DNA of 64,000 nucleotides, from assembly GCA_965223425.1 (NCBI GenBank), contig OZ245003.1, positions 1,696,001 through 1,760,000 on the forward strand. The letters run 5' to 3'. The position numbers and the translations under genes are program-made. The stretch comes from Nitrosopumilus sp. (GTDB taxonomy: Archaea > Thermoproteota > Nitrososphaeria > Nitrososphaerales > Nitrosopumilaceae). This document shows positions 29,094-41,959 of this stretch, piece by piece (position 1 is the stretch's first letter; each line of letters starts with the position of its first letter). The notes under the pieces were generated by a model. It made no database searches. It worked only from the letters and a program-made list of their open reading frames with translations, and was not told where the DNA came from.

Positions 29094-29447
29094 ATGAGTA
29101 AAAAGAACAAAGTAATGGAACTGGAAAGAAGACTTTGGGAGATACACCAGAAAATTGAAGACCTCAACAAATTCAAGGACCGGCTTGAAGAGGAGATTGC
29201 AAAAGAGTTCTTTTCGGAATATACAGTAGAGAAGATACGACTGGACTGGAACAACGGGGGTTTTGATGAGCGTCTCACAATGATGGAAAAATGTCCGAGA
29301 TTTGAGAGAGCAATCAGGAACGTTGCGTATTCAGCAGGTCTAGAGTACGACGAATTGCGCAAAAAAATACTCGAGAATGAATGGATTCAGAACAGAAGCA
29401 TGGACATGGATGAAATATTCAGCCCATATTGCAGCCCAAAAAAATGA
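29094..29447 (+). CDS. Hypothetical protein
   Basis: 117-aa ORF, N-terminal coiled coil. Confidence 0.6.
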   Translation: MSKKNKVMELERRLWEIHQKIEDLNKFKDRLEEEIAKEFFSEYTVEKIRLDWNNGGFDERLTMMEKCPRFERAIRNVAYSAGLEYDELRKKILENEWIQNRSMDMDEIFSPYCSPKK

Positions 29448-29530
29448 CGGGTTGATAATCTGATGAAGAACAAATACGTGCGCGCACTGACGTGCGACAC
29501 AAACCAGTCAACAAAGGAGGTTGAGAACTA

Positions 29531-29821
29531 ATGTCAGAAAAAGTACAGCAGGAAAAATGTCCCATAAAGGAGAAGCTACTGGATAAAATAGCATTTGGTC
29601 CAAACACGGAATATGCAGATGAATGGTATGAGCTAAGTGACGCAACACAGGAAAAAATTGCAGAATCAGACGAGGCCATAAAGCCGTACATCACGAATCA
29701 GAAGGAAATCGACGCTCATGAAAAGGACATGCAGGAAAAGCTGTCAGCACACCTGAGAATGTGTCAGAATGAAACCTGCAAAAAATCACTCAGGGCGAGA
29801 ACGGAGGGGGGGATTCAGTAA
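29531..29821 (+). CDS. Hypothetical protein
   Basis: Follows SD-hairpin motif. Confidence 0.65.
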   Translation: MSEKVQQEKCPIKEKLLDKIAFGPNTEYADEWYELSDATQEKIAESDEAIKPYITNQKEIDAHEKDMQEKLSAHLRMCQNETCKKSLRARTEGGIQ

Positions 29822-29822
29822 C

Positions 29823-30128
29823 ATGTCTCACTTTCTGAGAAATATACTTGATGCAATCTGGAACATCAGGGGAAAGGTGGAAAACGATAATCCACACAAG
29901 AACACCAGAGAAAGTAAGATGAGTGCAAGACATATCATTTATGAAATACCTGATGATGTTCTAGATGATATAATAAAAAACGGCAATCATAGGCCGTTAG
30001 ATGAGAATGCAAAGGAAAAACTGGTAGAGAATTTGCGAGAGAATGCATACTTGGGCGAATGTTTCAGAGAAGAACTTGAGAGTGCAATAGACTCGGAACT
30101 TTTTATATGTGAGATGGACCATGAGTAG
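29823..30128 (+). CDS. Hypothetical protein
   Basis: ORF in operon-like run; start uncertain. Confidence 0.5.
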   Translation: MSHFLRNILDAIWNIRGKVENDNPHKNTRESKMSARHIIYEIPDDVLDDIIKNGNHRPLDENAKEKLVENLRENAYLGECFREELESAIDSELFICEMDHE

Positions 30129-30300
30129 GGTACAACAGCCGGGATTTTCCTGCCTTGAAAACAGAATCAGCAAAGGAGGTTGATAACATGGAAAAAGAAG
30201 CAATAGAAACAAGAATACACGAAGACAAAACAACGGCAGAATATTATGCAGAAATGCCGGAACTGCATCCTCACATGTGTAGTTGCGTGGAGTGCGACTG

Positions 30301-30528
30301 ATGAAATCAGAATCGGCACAACATGATAACTTTGTTGAAGGTGAAGATTGGAAAAATCCAAAAGGCGAGATTTGCCCTTCTTGCAAAACAAACAGGATGT
30401 ATACTGTAGAGTGCAGAAACAGTCTGTCCAGAAGGGACAACTCGACTTACATCTGTACTGACTGTGGTGACAAAGAAGCACTTGAAGATTTGGCACAAAC
30501 AGCACAGCACCCCGAGGTCGAAATCTAA
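30301..30528 (+). CDS. Small Zn-finger protein
   Basis: CPSC...NSLSRRDN...ICTDCG..EAL. Confidence 0.65.
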   Translation: MKSESAQHDNFVEGEDWKNPKGEICPSCKTNRMYTVECRNSLSRRDNSTYICTDCGDKEALEDLAQTAQHPEVEI

Positions 30529-30782
30529 TGGGATGGTGGAATCTAAAACCAAGAGAACAATTAGATCCCTATCACTGTTTACAACTTGGAGTAAAAGACG
30601 ATCTTGGTGAGGTGTATTGTGACATTGGAGACATTGTCGAGTTTGATGTCCAGGACGGTTATGAAATCTCAGAAGCGGATTCCGAACATGTCTCTGGATT
30701 AGTTCGACGGGGATTCACTTCAGGAGAAATCAACGATTGGGATTGGAAATCCGAGCAAGAGTTGGAGGTCACAAACCAATGA
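30528..30782 (+). CDS. Hypothetical acidic protein
   Basis: Coupled ORF; GFTSGEI. Confidence 0.6.
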   Translation: MGWWNLKPREQLDPYHCLQLGVKDDLGEVYCDIGDIVEFDVQDGYEISEADSEHVSGLVRRGFTSGEINDWDWKSEQELEVTNQ

Positions 30783-31000
30783 AGAACGCATATACTCTTC
30801 GAGATAGAGACGACCAAGAATTATATGGTGTATTCAAGTCAGATTTGGATTTTGATGCCATACAAAAGATAATAGGCAAAACAGATGATGAATTTGCAAA
30901 AGAGGGGAACACTCTTTCCAAATCAGGTATCTTTTTTGACTTTCTTGGAGAAGAAGATCAAAACTATGAACAAATCAACTTTGAAGTGGTGTATATCTGA
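30779..31000 (+). CDS. Hypothetical acidic protein
   Basis: ATGA overlap, GGAGG upstream. Confidence 0.6.
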   Translation: MKNAYTLRDRDDQELYGVFKSDLDFDAIQKIIGKTDDEFAKEGNTLSKSGIFFDFLGEEDQNYEQINFEVVYI

Positions 31001-31070
31001 TGGAACTTGTAGAGGAACCAACACTTGAACAAGTGACAAAAAACAGATCAACAGAGGAGGCTGATTATTC

Positions 31071-31406
31071 TTGAAGACTAAAATAAGAATACTCACATCA
31101 AACGGACCCGGTGCTTTTGAGGGCGATATCAACAACTTCTTAGATAGGAAGGGAATTGACGCGATTCAGTCGATAGACTATTTCAGAACACCCCACTCTG
31201 CGTTTGCAGTGGCGATCAGATATTGGGAGCCGGCGATTGGAAAAAAGAGGACGGCACGATCAGGCGGAATGACAGATTCGGAACCTGGTGGAAAAAAATG
31301 CACAAACTGCAACGGCAGGGGATTCAACATGGAAGATACCGGCAGCAGAACATATGATGAGATCCCATGTAGTGACTGTGACGGAACAGGCAAGGAACCC
31401 CTGTGA
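31071..31406 (+). CDS. Protein with DnaJ-type CxxCxGxG zinc finger
   Basis: CTNCNGRG...CSDCDGTG. Confidence 0.65.
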   Translation: MKTKIRILTSNGPGAFEGDINNFLDRKGIDAIQSIDYFRTPHSAFAVAIRYWEPAIGKKRTARSGGMTDSEPGGKKCTNCNGRGFNMEDTGSRTYDEIPCSDCDGTGKEPL

Positions 31407-31449
31407 GGCCCGCCAAAAGTACGGCAATACAAACATTCCATAAAATGGC

Positions 31450-31824
31450 ATGCAAGATACAATCAGGGACAACACGTTTCTGTTTGCGATAGTTGCATTG
31501 GGATTCGTAATTCTCGGCTTTGGTCACTTCCCCCCGCACTCTGAGATGCCAATCGCGCTGGGAGCTGCCTTTATTATTGCCGGTGGCGCAGGGATCTACA
31601 TGATGCTTGCGACAAGGCAGGTGGCAAAAAAGCTACATGAGAGGTTCAACGAGCTGAACGATACCATAAAACAGAACCATTCGGAGACAACTGAAATTCT
31701 CAAGGAAATGGCATCGTCGCAAAAGCAGAACCATTTGGAAACAACAAAAATTCTTAGGGAGGGCCATTCAGAGATGATGGGCGTCCTAAACAGCATAAAC
31801 GACACGCTGGAGAAAAAGCTATAA
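31450..31824 (+). CDS. 2-TM plus coiled-coil protein
   Basis: Two hydrophobic helices and KQNH.ETT.IL repeats. Confidence 0.7.
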   Translation: MQDTIRDNTFLFAIVALGFVILGFGHFPPHSEMPIALGAAFIIAGGAGIYMMLATRQVAKKLHERFNELNDTIKQNHSETTEILKEMASSQKQNHLETTKILREGHSEMMGVLNSINDTLEKKL

Positions 31825-32032
31825 CAAGATATAATGCGCATCGGTATTATTTGGTGCGCAACATGCAGCTTGGAAAAATTTCCAAGACCGCAGAAGACAA
31901 ATCAACAAAGGAGGTTGATAAAATGAGAAAACCAGAAACAATCAAAAGATACGGTGAAACCGGATCACGGAAAATCAACTCACAACAAAAACCCGCATTT
32001 TATGCAAACCGCGCAGGAGAGGTCAGAGCACA

Positions 32033-32521
32033 ATGACATGCATATCTGAATATAAAAAACAGCTTGAATTCTACAGTTCATCAAGCGGTAACCAATATGC
32101 CGATGTGGAAACGGCAATAGAGATGTTTGCCGAAGTGCGTCTGTCCCCAAGAGACCTGGCATATCAGGTAAAGGAGTTTGCAGATTCCACTGGAACAAAA
32201 CTGGAGGATGTGGATGCCTGCTATGTTGCATATGACCACATATTGCAGATGGCAAGAGACAAAATCATCAAAGTCCTGGACTTTGACATCGTAAATGACA
32301 TCACAGACGGAACGGAATTCTACACATGCGGAAGCGGCATGGACACCTCGTTTGACTACTCCCAGAAGGCAAAGGATCAGCTGGTGAAGGAGCTGATAAA
32401 TGAGGATGTGGAACTGTGCGAAGTCGGAAAAGTTCTGAGGGATGATTTTGTCAAAGTTTTTCTGGAATACGTGGATATTGATACCACAGACATCAGAATG
32501 CACAGGAGGCTAAAAAAATAA
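32033..32521 (+). CDS. Hypothetical acidic protein
   Basis: 162-aa ORF with GAGG upstream. Confidence 0.7.
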   Translation: MTCISEYKKQLEFYSSSSGNQYADVETAIEMFAEVRLSPRDLAYQVKEFADSTGTKLEDVDACYVAYDHILQMARDKIIKVLDFDIVNDITDGTEFYTCGSGMDTSFDYSQKAKDQLVKELINEDVELCEVGKVLRDDFVKVFLEYVDIDTTDIRMHRRLKK

Positions 32522-33270
32522 TGTCGGGAATCCACTTTGACTGGTCAAAGAACTGGAATGAAGAAACCGGGGAAGACATTATGGATACCGTGTGTCCAAA
32601 CAGCGAACACCACGAGAAATACGGCCGTGACTGGGAAACAGAATACGATTCCACAACTGATCTGAACGGAAACCCGTGCGAGCCATACAATGGATGCCCA
32701 TGCTGTGAGGATGATTCAGAAAGAATCGACGTAATGTGGAATGTAATCTGGCCGCTGGACTATTCAGGAATGGTAGATGACGGATATGACGAATCCAGCA
32801 AAAAAGAGAACCGCCTGAGAAGAATAAGGATACTGAACGAGACTCCGTGCGCATGCATTGAGAATGTCGAGACCGGCCAGTGGTTCATGTGTCTTAGAGG
32901 TGCGGGAATGGACTTTGGTCCTGAAATAGCATATGCGTTCCATCTGGCACAAAAATGGATCCCGGATTGGCTGCTAATGGAAATAGACATGGAGTACTGC
33001 AAGCAGCTATTATCCAAAAAGCAATTCAAGACACTGCAAAGAATTGCTGGACAGCAGATAGTACGTGGGCAGAAGGAGTTTGCACAAATGCGGTCAAAAT
33101 GGAGTGTGGGCGGCATAAAAAAGCGGCACACGGAGGAGTCCGGGTATTCGGATGGATACTATTCCCAAAGGACACCGGCTGAGAAGAGGATCCTGGACGG
33201 GATTAATTTACTGGGCCCCGTCGCCACGCCACCAAAACAAAAATCCATAGGGAGGAAAACGCGGAGATGA
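32521..33270 (+). CDS. Phage/plasmid-type conserved hypothetical protein
   Basis: MWN..WPL, L.GAGMD...EIAYAF. Confidence 0.7.
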   Translation: MSGIHFDWSKNWNEETGEDIMDTVCPNSEHHEKYGRDWETEYDSTTDLNGNPCEPYNGCPCCEDDSERIDVMWNVIWPLDYSGMVDDGYDESSKKENRLRRIRILNETPCACIENVETGQWFMCLRGAGMDFGPEIAYAFHLAQKWIPDWLLMEIDMEYCKQLLSKKQFKTLQRIAGQQIVRGQKEFAQMRSKWSVGGIKKRHTEESGYSDGYYSQRTPAEKRILDGINLLGPVATPPKQKSIGRKTRR

Positions 33271-33530
33271 AGGCGGCAAAGTTTGGGAACGGGGATGCGA
33301 TAGAGAGATACATACACTGTTCGATGTGCTTGGACACCGTCCCTACCGGACAGAGCCCGCAGGAATGGTCGCGCTATGAGGTGGGGTTAACAAAGTGGGG
33401 AATTCAGATATGGTGCGCACGCCACAAATGCAACATAATGCACATAAACTTTGAGGGAGAGAGGCACCCGGCAGACATGACGGCAACAGAGCCGAGCAGA
33501 AAAAGCCGTCAGATGAAGGAGGAGGAATAA
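33267..33530 (+). CDS. Small Cys/His protein
   Basis: HCSMC, SPQEW, VGLT.WGIQIWC.RH..N....FEG. Confidence 0.7.
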   Translation: MKAAKFGNGDAIERYIHCSMCLDTVPTGQSPQEWSRYEVGLTKWGIQIWCARHKCNIMHINFEGERHPADMTATEPSRKSRQMKEEE

Positions 33531-33925
33531 TGGTGGGAACAAACGCGCTGGCAAAGACATTTGAGGCACTGGACCGGCACGACTCACACATGAGAACATT
33601 TCGTCGTCTGTACTGCGAGTCAGGACAGACAGCAAGAAAGGCGTACATGTTTGTCAATTCCTCAACAAAAACAAGGATTGAAAAAATAATGAAAAAGTGT
33701 GAGAGCTGCAAGTACACAAAGCTGCAACCGAGAACAATAGTGCTGGTCTACGAGGCATTGGCCGCCAAAGGTGAGATAGAGGTTCTGGCAGAGTTGTGCA
33801 GGCAGATCAGTTCAAAGAAGGCATACAGGCTATGCAACAAAAGAACCCAGAGGACAATACAGACGCTGTCCCAAGATGTGAAGGGAAAATCACACAAAAC
33901 ACCAAAAAAACAAAAAAGGGAATAA
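33530..33925 (+). CDS. Basic hypothetical protein
   Basis: GGAGGAGG SD; last ORF before the ncRNA zone. Confidence 0.65.
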   Translation: MVGTNALAKTFEALDRHDSHMRTFRRLYCESGQTARKAYMFVNSSTKTRIEKIMKKCESCKYTKLQPRTIVLVYEALAAKGEIEVLAELCRQISSKKAYRLCNKRTQRTIQTLSQDVKGKSHKTPKKQKRE

Positions 33926-34137
33926 TCCCCCTGATGATTCTGTAGCAAATAAAATGAGCCTCCATACCGGGGTGTTGTTTGCTGCAGATGCTTGACTGTC
34001 GTTGTATGACGAGAGTCGGGTGGCCCAGTCCACACGGGCTTGGCCGAAACCATGAGAGTGTGCCGATGAACATCGGCATACTGATGATGGCAGCAATGTC
34101 ATCAGATGCACAGATATTGTGCAGTCATGGTCGGGGA
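33926..34137 (+). ncRNA. Hammerhead-core-containing multi-hairpin RNA, copy 1
   Basis: TCCCC-CTGATGA ... GGCC/GGCC-GAAA-CCATGA ... TCATGG-TC-GGGGA. Confidence 0.55.
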
Positions 34138-34232
34138 AAAAGAATCAGACTAACAGAATAAATCAACTACTTGCTCCCCATGATTCTGAGGCAAAGGAAA
34201 AGTTATCACCAAAAAAACAAAAAAGGGAATAA

Positions 34233-34444
34233 TCCCCCTGATGATTCTGTAGCAAATAAAATGAGCCTCCATACCGGGGTGTTGCTTGCTGCAGATGCTT
34301 GACTGTCGTTGTATGACGAGAGTCGGGTGGCCCAGTCCACACGGGCTTGGCCGAAACCATGAGAGTGTGCCGATGAACATCGGCATACTGATGATGGCAG
34401 CAATGTCATCAGATGCACAGATATTGTGCAGTCATGGTCGGGGA
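34233..34444 (+). ncRNA. Hammerhead-core-containing multi-hairpin RNA, copy 2 (307-bp period)
   Basis: One substitution relative to copy 1. Confidence 0.55.
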
Positions 34445-34634
34445 AATAATAATGATCACGTAATAATCAAATCGTCCTTACTTACCCTGATTCTGAGGCA
34501 AAGGAGAAACGGCCCCACAAACGTGGTGCCGGCAGGCCGTACAAGCTGCATGCCATTCAATGTTTTGTATTTGATAATATGTCAAATGCGCAAGCTGCAT
34601 CTGCTGATTGCAGACCCGCGCGTGTTTACGTGAA

Positions 34635-34791
34635 TCGTTCTCTCTTGGAGTGGGACATTAAATGAGGACGATCCTCAAATGGGATCGCCTCCCACACTGC
34701 AAGCGCAGGGTTAGGCATGTCGTTTTGGAGTGCTCTTTGCGTCAACCGGGCCTCAGCTCGGTTCTATCCTGCAATCCAAAAAAAAGAATGA
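34635..34791 (+). ncRNA. Further structured non-coding segment
   Basis: TCGTTCT/AGAATGA, TTGGA/TCCAA, GTGGGA/TCCCAC, CGATCC/GGATCG, AACCGGGC/GCTCGGTT stems. Confidence 0.4.
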
Positions 34792-34909
34792 GTTAAATGA
34801 AAGATCCGGACATTCGAATGTGAGTAAGCTTAAAAGGAATTGTGGATTGTAATGATGTTGCAGAAAATCACCCAAAAATCAATATTGTCTGACATTATAA
34901 ATTCAGATG

Positions 34910-35016
34910 ATCACAGTACAGGAAAAGACATGGACGTATTGACTTGGTTCTCAGCACCTGCGCCGTCTCCGGCACCATGTAATCACAGTACAGGAAAAGA
35001 CATGGACGTATTGACT
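34910..35016 (+). CRISPR. Mini CRISPR-like array: two identical 35-nt repeats and one 37-nt spacer; no cas genes in window
   Basis: Repeat ATCACAGTACAGGAAAAGACATGGACGTATTGACT at 34910 and 34982; spacer reverse complement matches 19687-19723 at 34/37. Confidence 0.65.
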
Positions 35017-35052
35017 CTTATTGCCAATAACATACGTCTGGCTTGCGTGAAA

Positions 35053-35089
35053 CCAAGTTCACCCAAGTTCACCCAAGTTCACCCAAGTT
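35053..35089. repeat. 10-bp tandem repeat CCAAGTTCAC x3.7
   Basis: Directly visible, upstream of the RM gene. Confidence 0.85.
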
Positions 35090-35122
35090 ATAATAAGATA
35101 AAATTCACGGGGTGTCCATAAA

Positions 35123-39279
<4,157 letters not shown>

Positions 39280-39280
<1 letters not shown>

Positions 39281-39909
39281 TGCAGGACAATATCACCGAC
39301 TTTGCCCTTGAAGAGTACAGGGAACACTACAAGAACGATAAAATAGAAAAAAACGACATCTTCTTCTACATCTACGGCATTTTACACCACGGCGGGTACA
39401 GGAAGAAATATGCAAACAACCTGACACGTGAGCTGCCACACATTCCCATGGCACCGGACTTTTTAGCATTTTCAAAAATTGGAAAAGAATTGGCAGATCT
39501 ACATTTATCATATGAGACATGCAAGAGATATGATTTGGGAAAACCAAAATCAGAATTTGGCAGATACGCAAAGATGTCGTTTGCAAAAAAGAAGGAAAAC
39601 GGCAGGCAGGTAACTGACACTACAACCCTGAGGATCAACGGGATAACCGTCTTTGAGAATATCCCTGATGTCAAGTACAGGGTAAACGGCAGGACGCCAT
39701 TGGAATGGGCCATAGACCGCTACAGGAGAACAGTAGACAAGGACAGCGGCATAGTAAATGACGCAACAGACATTGACGTCATACCGCTCATTGAAAGGCT
39801 CATACATGTAGGGGTGGAATCAGACAGGCTGGTATCCGGACTTCCAAAGGAGTTTGAGCCGAAAAACTGGGACCCGAAAAAAACAGGAATGGACAAGTTC
39901 ATTGGTTGA
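39280..39909 (+). CDS. Type ISP RM C-terminal domain encoded as a separate ORF
   Basis: DNITD, DIFFYIYGILH, LPHIP, GKELADLHLSYE, Y.VNGRTPLEW. Confidence 0.8.
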
Positions 39910-39922
39910 AATTTGACTGAGA

Positions 39923-40462
39923 TTGTCAAGTTGTGTGATCCATGCAGGTGCCCCCCAAAATGTGACGAAAGGCCCATCAAAATCTGATACACACCACAAG
40001 GTCACCACAGAATCAGACCACAGGAACAGTCGGCATCAGAAAAAAAGACGCACTGAATACAACCACGTCAGATATCAGGTGATGCCAAAGCTGCACATGA
40101 TACAAAAGACGAAAAAAGAGACCTACAGAACCACAAGGCACGAGTCGTACAGCATTGTGATACCGTATGAAATATCCAAGAGTTTTCACATAGCAGACGG
40201 TATGACTCTGCATGCAACGGTATCAGAGGACACGGGAACAGTGAGGTTGCACAGGAATCCAAAGGAAAACTCCATGCGAGTTTTACTGCGACACAAACTC
40301 ACAAAGACCTACAAGAAACAGAAATACCACTCCACGCGAGTCACGATACCGATCGAGATTGTCAAGAGGCTGAAACTGGCAAAGGGGGATCAGATCGACG
40401 TTACAGAGTCAAAAAACAGCCTTGTTCTAAGGAAGACAAAACTGCACCGAAATTTGCCATAG
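39923..40462 (+). CDS. Double AbrB/SpoVT-like DNA-binding protein (start probably downstream)
   Basis: SYSIVIPYEI and TRVTIPIEIVKRLKLAKGD. Confidence 0.65.
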   Translation: MSSCVIHAGAPQNVTKGPSKSDTHHKVTTESDHRNSRHQKKRRTEYNHVRYQVMPKLHMIQKTKKETYRTTRHESYSIVIPYEISKSFHIADGMTLHATVSEDTGTVRLHRNPKENSMRVLLRHKLTKTYKKQKYHSTRVTIPIEIVKRLKLAKGDQIDVTESKNSLVLRKTKLHRNLP

Positions 40463-40739
40463 TCCGCAAAAACCCGCTTTTTTTCTGATGCCGTCCAATT
40501 AACATTAACCGTTTCCATTTTTTCTTAAATTAAATTTTTCTGATACCGTGATTAGCCTGAAGGAACGACATGAAAATTAAAAAAATTAAACTCACGCCGT
40601 TAAATTGAACGTTCCCCCCCCCCTCACTAATTTTACAGTCAAATTTACACCGCTTAAAATTAATTATTCGCCCTGCCCTTCCGCCTGATCACTCTAGAGA
40701 ATTCCGCCCTGCCAGTCAAAATTAACTTATTTTTTCCAT

Positions 40740-41310
40740 TCCATTCTTCCGTTCCAAGAATCATTTCACTCCAAAGAACCATCCTCCGGGAACCGTTCCA
40801 AAAAGTCATTCCATAGAACCGTTCCATTCTGCTCCTCAAAAAATTAAAAAAATCACTTCAAAAAATCATTCCATCATTCCTCCAAAGAATCATACCATTA
40901 CTCCAAAAGTTATCCATTCCTCCAGGAACCATACCTCTAGAACCGTTCCATCATTCCTCCAAAGAACCGTTCCAAAAAGTCATTCCTCTAGAACCGTTCC
41001 ATCATTCCTCCAAAGAACCGTTCCATCGTTCCTCCAAAGAACCGTTCCATCATTCTATTCCAGGAATCACTCCAAAAATCATACCCTCAAAATTATCCGT
41101 TCAAGTGCGCCCCCCCCTGTTTTAATTTTAGCCGGAATAAATTTTAGTTTAATTTTGTTGAATTTTAATTTTAACTTTATCCTGCCGTTCCGTCATTCCA
41201 TTCCGTTTAATTTTAATCGAGGCTGTTCTGTAGAATCGTTCTGTAGAATCGTTCTGTAGAATCGTTCTGTAGAATCGTTCCATCATTCCTCCAAAGAATC
41301 GTTTTAGTTT
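40740..41310. repeat. Iteron-like repeat cluster in a G-poor non-coding region
   Basis: GAACCGTTCCA at 40790, 40816, 40940, 40964, 40991, 41015, 41039; GTTCTGTAGAATC x4 at 41225-41276. Confidence 0.8.
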
Positions 41311-41677
41311 ATTTTTTAAATTTTAATTTAACTTTATCCTGCTGCCGTGGAATTATTTCGTGGAATAGTTTCATAGAGCTGTTCCAAAAGGGGATTGGGG
41401 GGGATAGTAGAATGACTTTAAGATTTTTTAATTTTATTGGTGTTGATTGGGGATGTTAATTTTAATGCCATCCTTCCATCCGTCGGGGGAGGCTATGGCC
41501 AGAAAATAATGTGGAATGTGTGAGTGTGTGGGGGGCTATGGCAACATGTCACATTACGGTGAGGCAGTATGGCATCTTGTGACTTGGCTGCCAAATACAC
41601 ATCAGACATTTTGGCAGCTGTCTCCTCTCCGAATGATATCACTGAGAAAAATAAAAAAAAGATGGCAGAATATTCTG

Positions 41678-41959
41678 CTATCTTGCACTGCAGAGCAGTT
41701 TGGCCCTTTTCTGTGCATTTAGAACCTCGTTTTTCTTCCTTGTGGCTGACTTTTCGGCAAGACGTGTCTGTTTTTTGAGAGACTTTATCTTTGCCAGTGC
41801 CTTTGCATGATCACGCTTTCTCCTGGTGACTGTCATGTTGGCGTTGCGGCATGCCCTTCCTGCAGGTTTTCGTCTTTTGGAGGGACTGCGCTTTGGGGCC
41901 GCCTTGCTCTTGGCCACTTTTCTTTTGGATTTCTTTTGGGTCATTGATTTTTGCACCAT
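41678..41959 (-). CDS. Small extremely basic Lys/Arg-rich protein
   Basis: KKSKRKVAKSKAAPKRSPSKRRK...; 93 aa. Confidence 0.6.
   Translation of the reverse strand: MVQKSMTQKKSKRKVAKSKAAPKRSPSKRRKPAGRACRNANMTVTRRKRDHAKALAKIKSLKKQTRLAEKSATRKKNEVLNAQKRAKLLCSAR

Larger units (their letters stand above)
6918..31919 (+). promoter_or_regulatory. Dispersed family (~16 copies) of the 19-nt motif ATCAAC-AAAGGAG-GTTGAT just upstream of start codons
   Basis: Copies start at 6918, 7776, 9226, 12122, 18672, 19479, 20671, 21058, 22512, 23675, 25375, 27747, 29507, 30166, 31047, 31901; inverted repeat around GGAGG. Confidence 0.8.

Noticed and set aside
34487-34545. A third hammerhead (GAAA-CGGCC...GGCCG-TA)
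   Set aside because: No CUGANGA in the right place and no convincing stems I and II.
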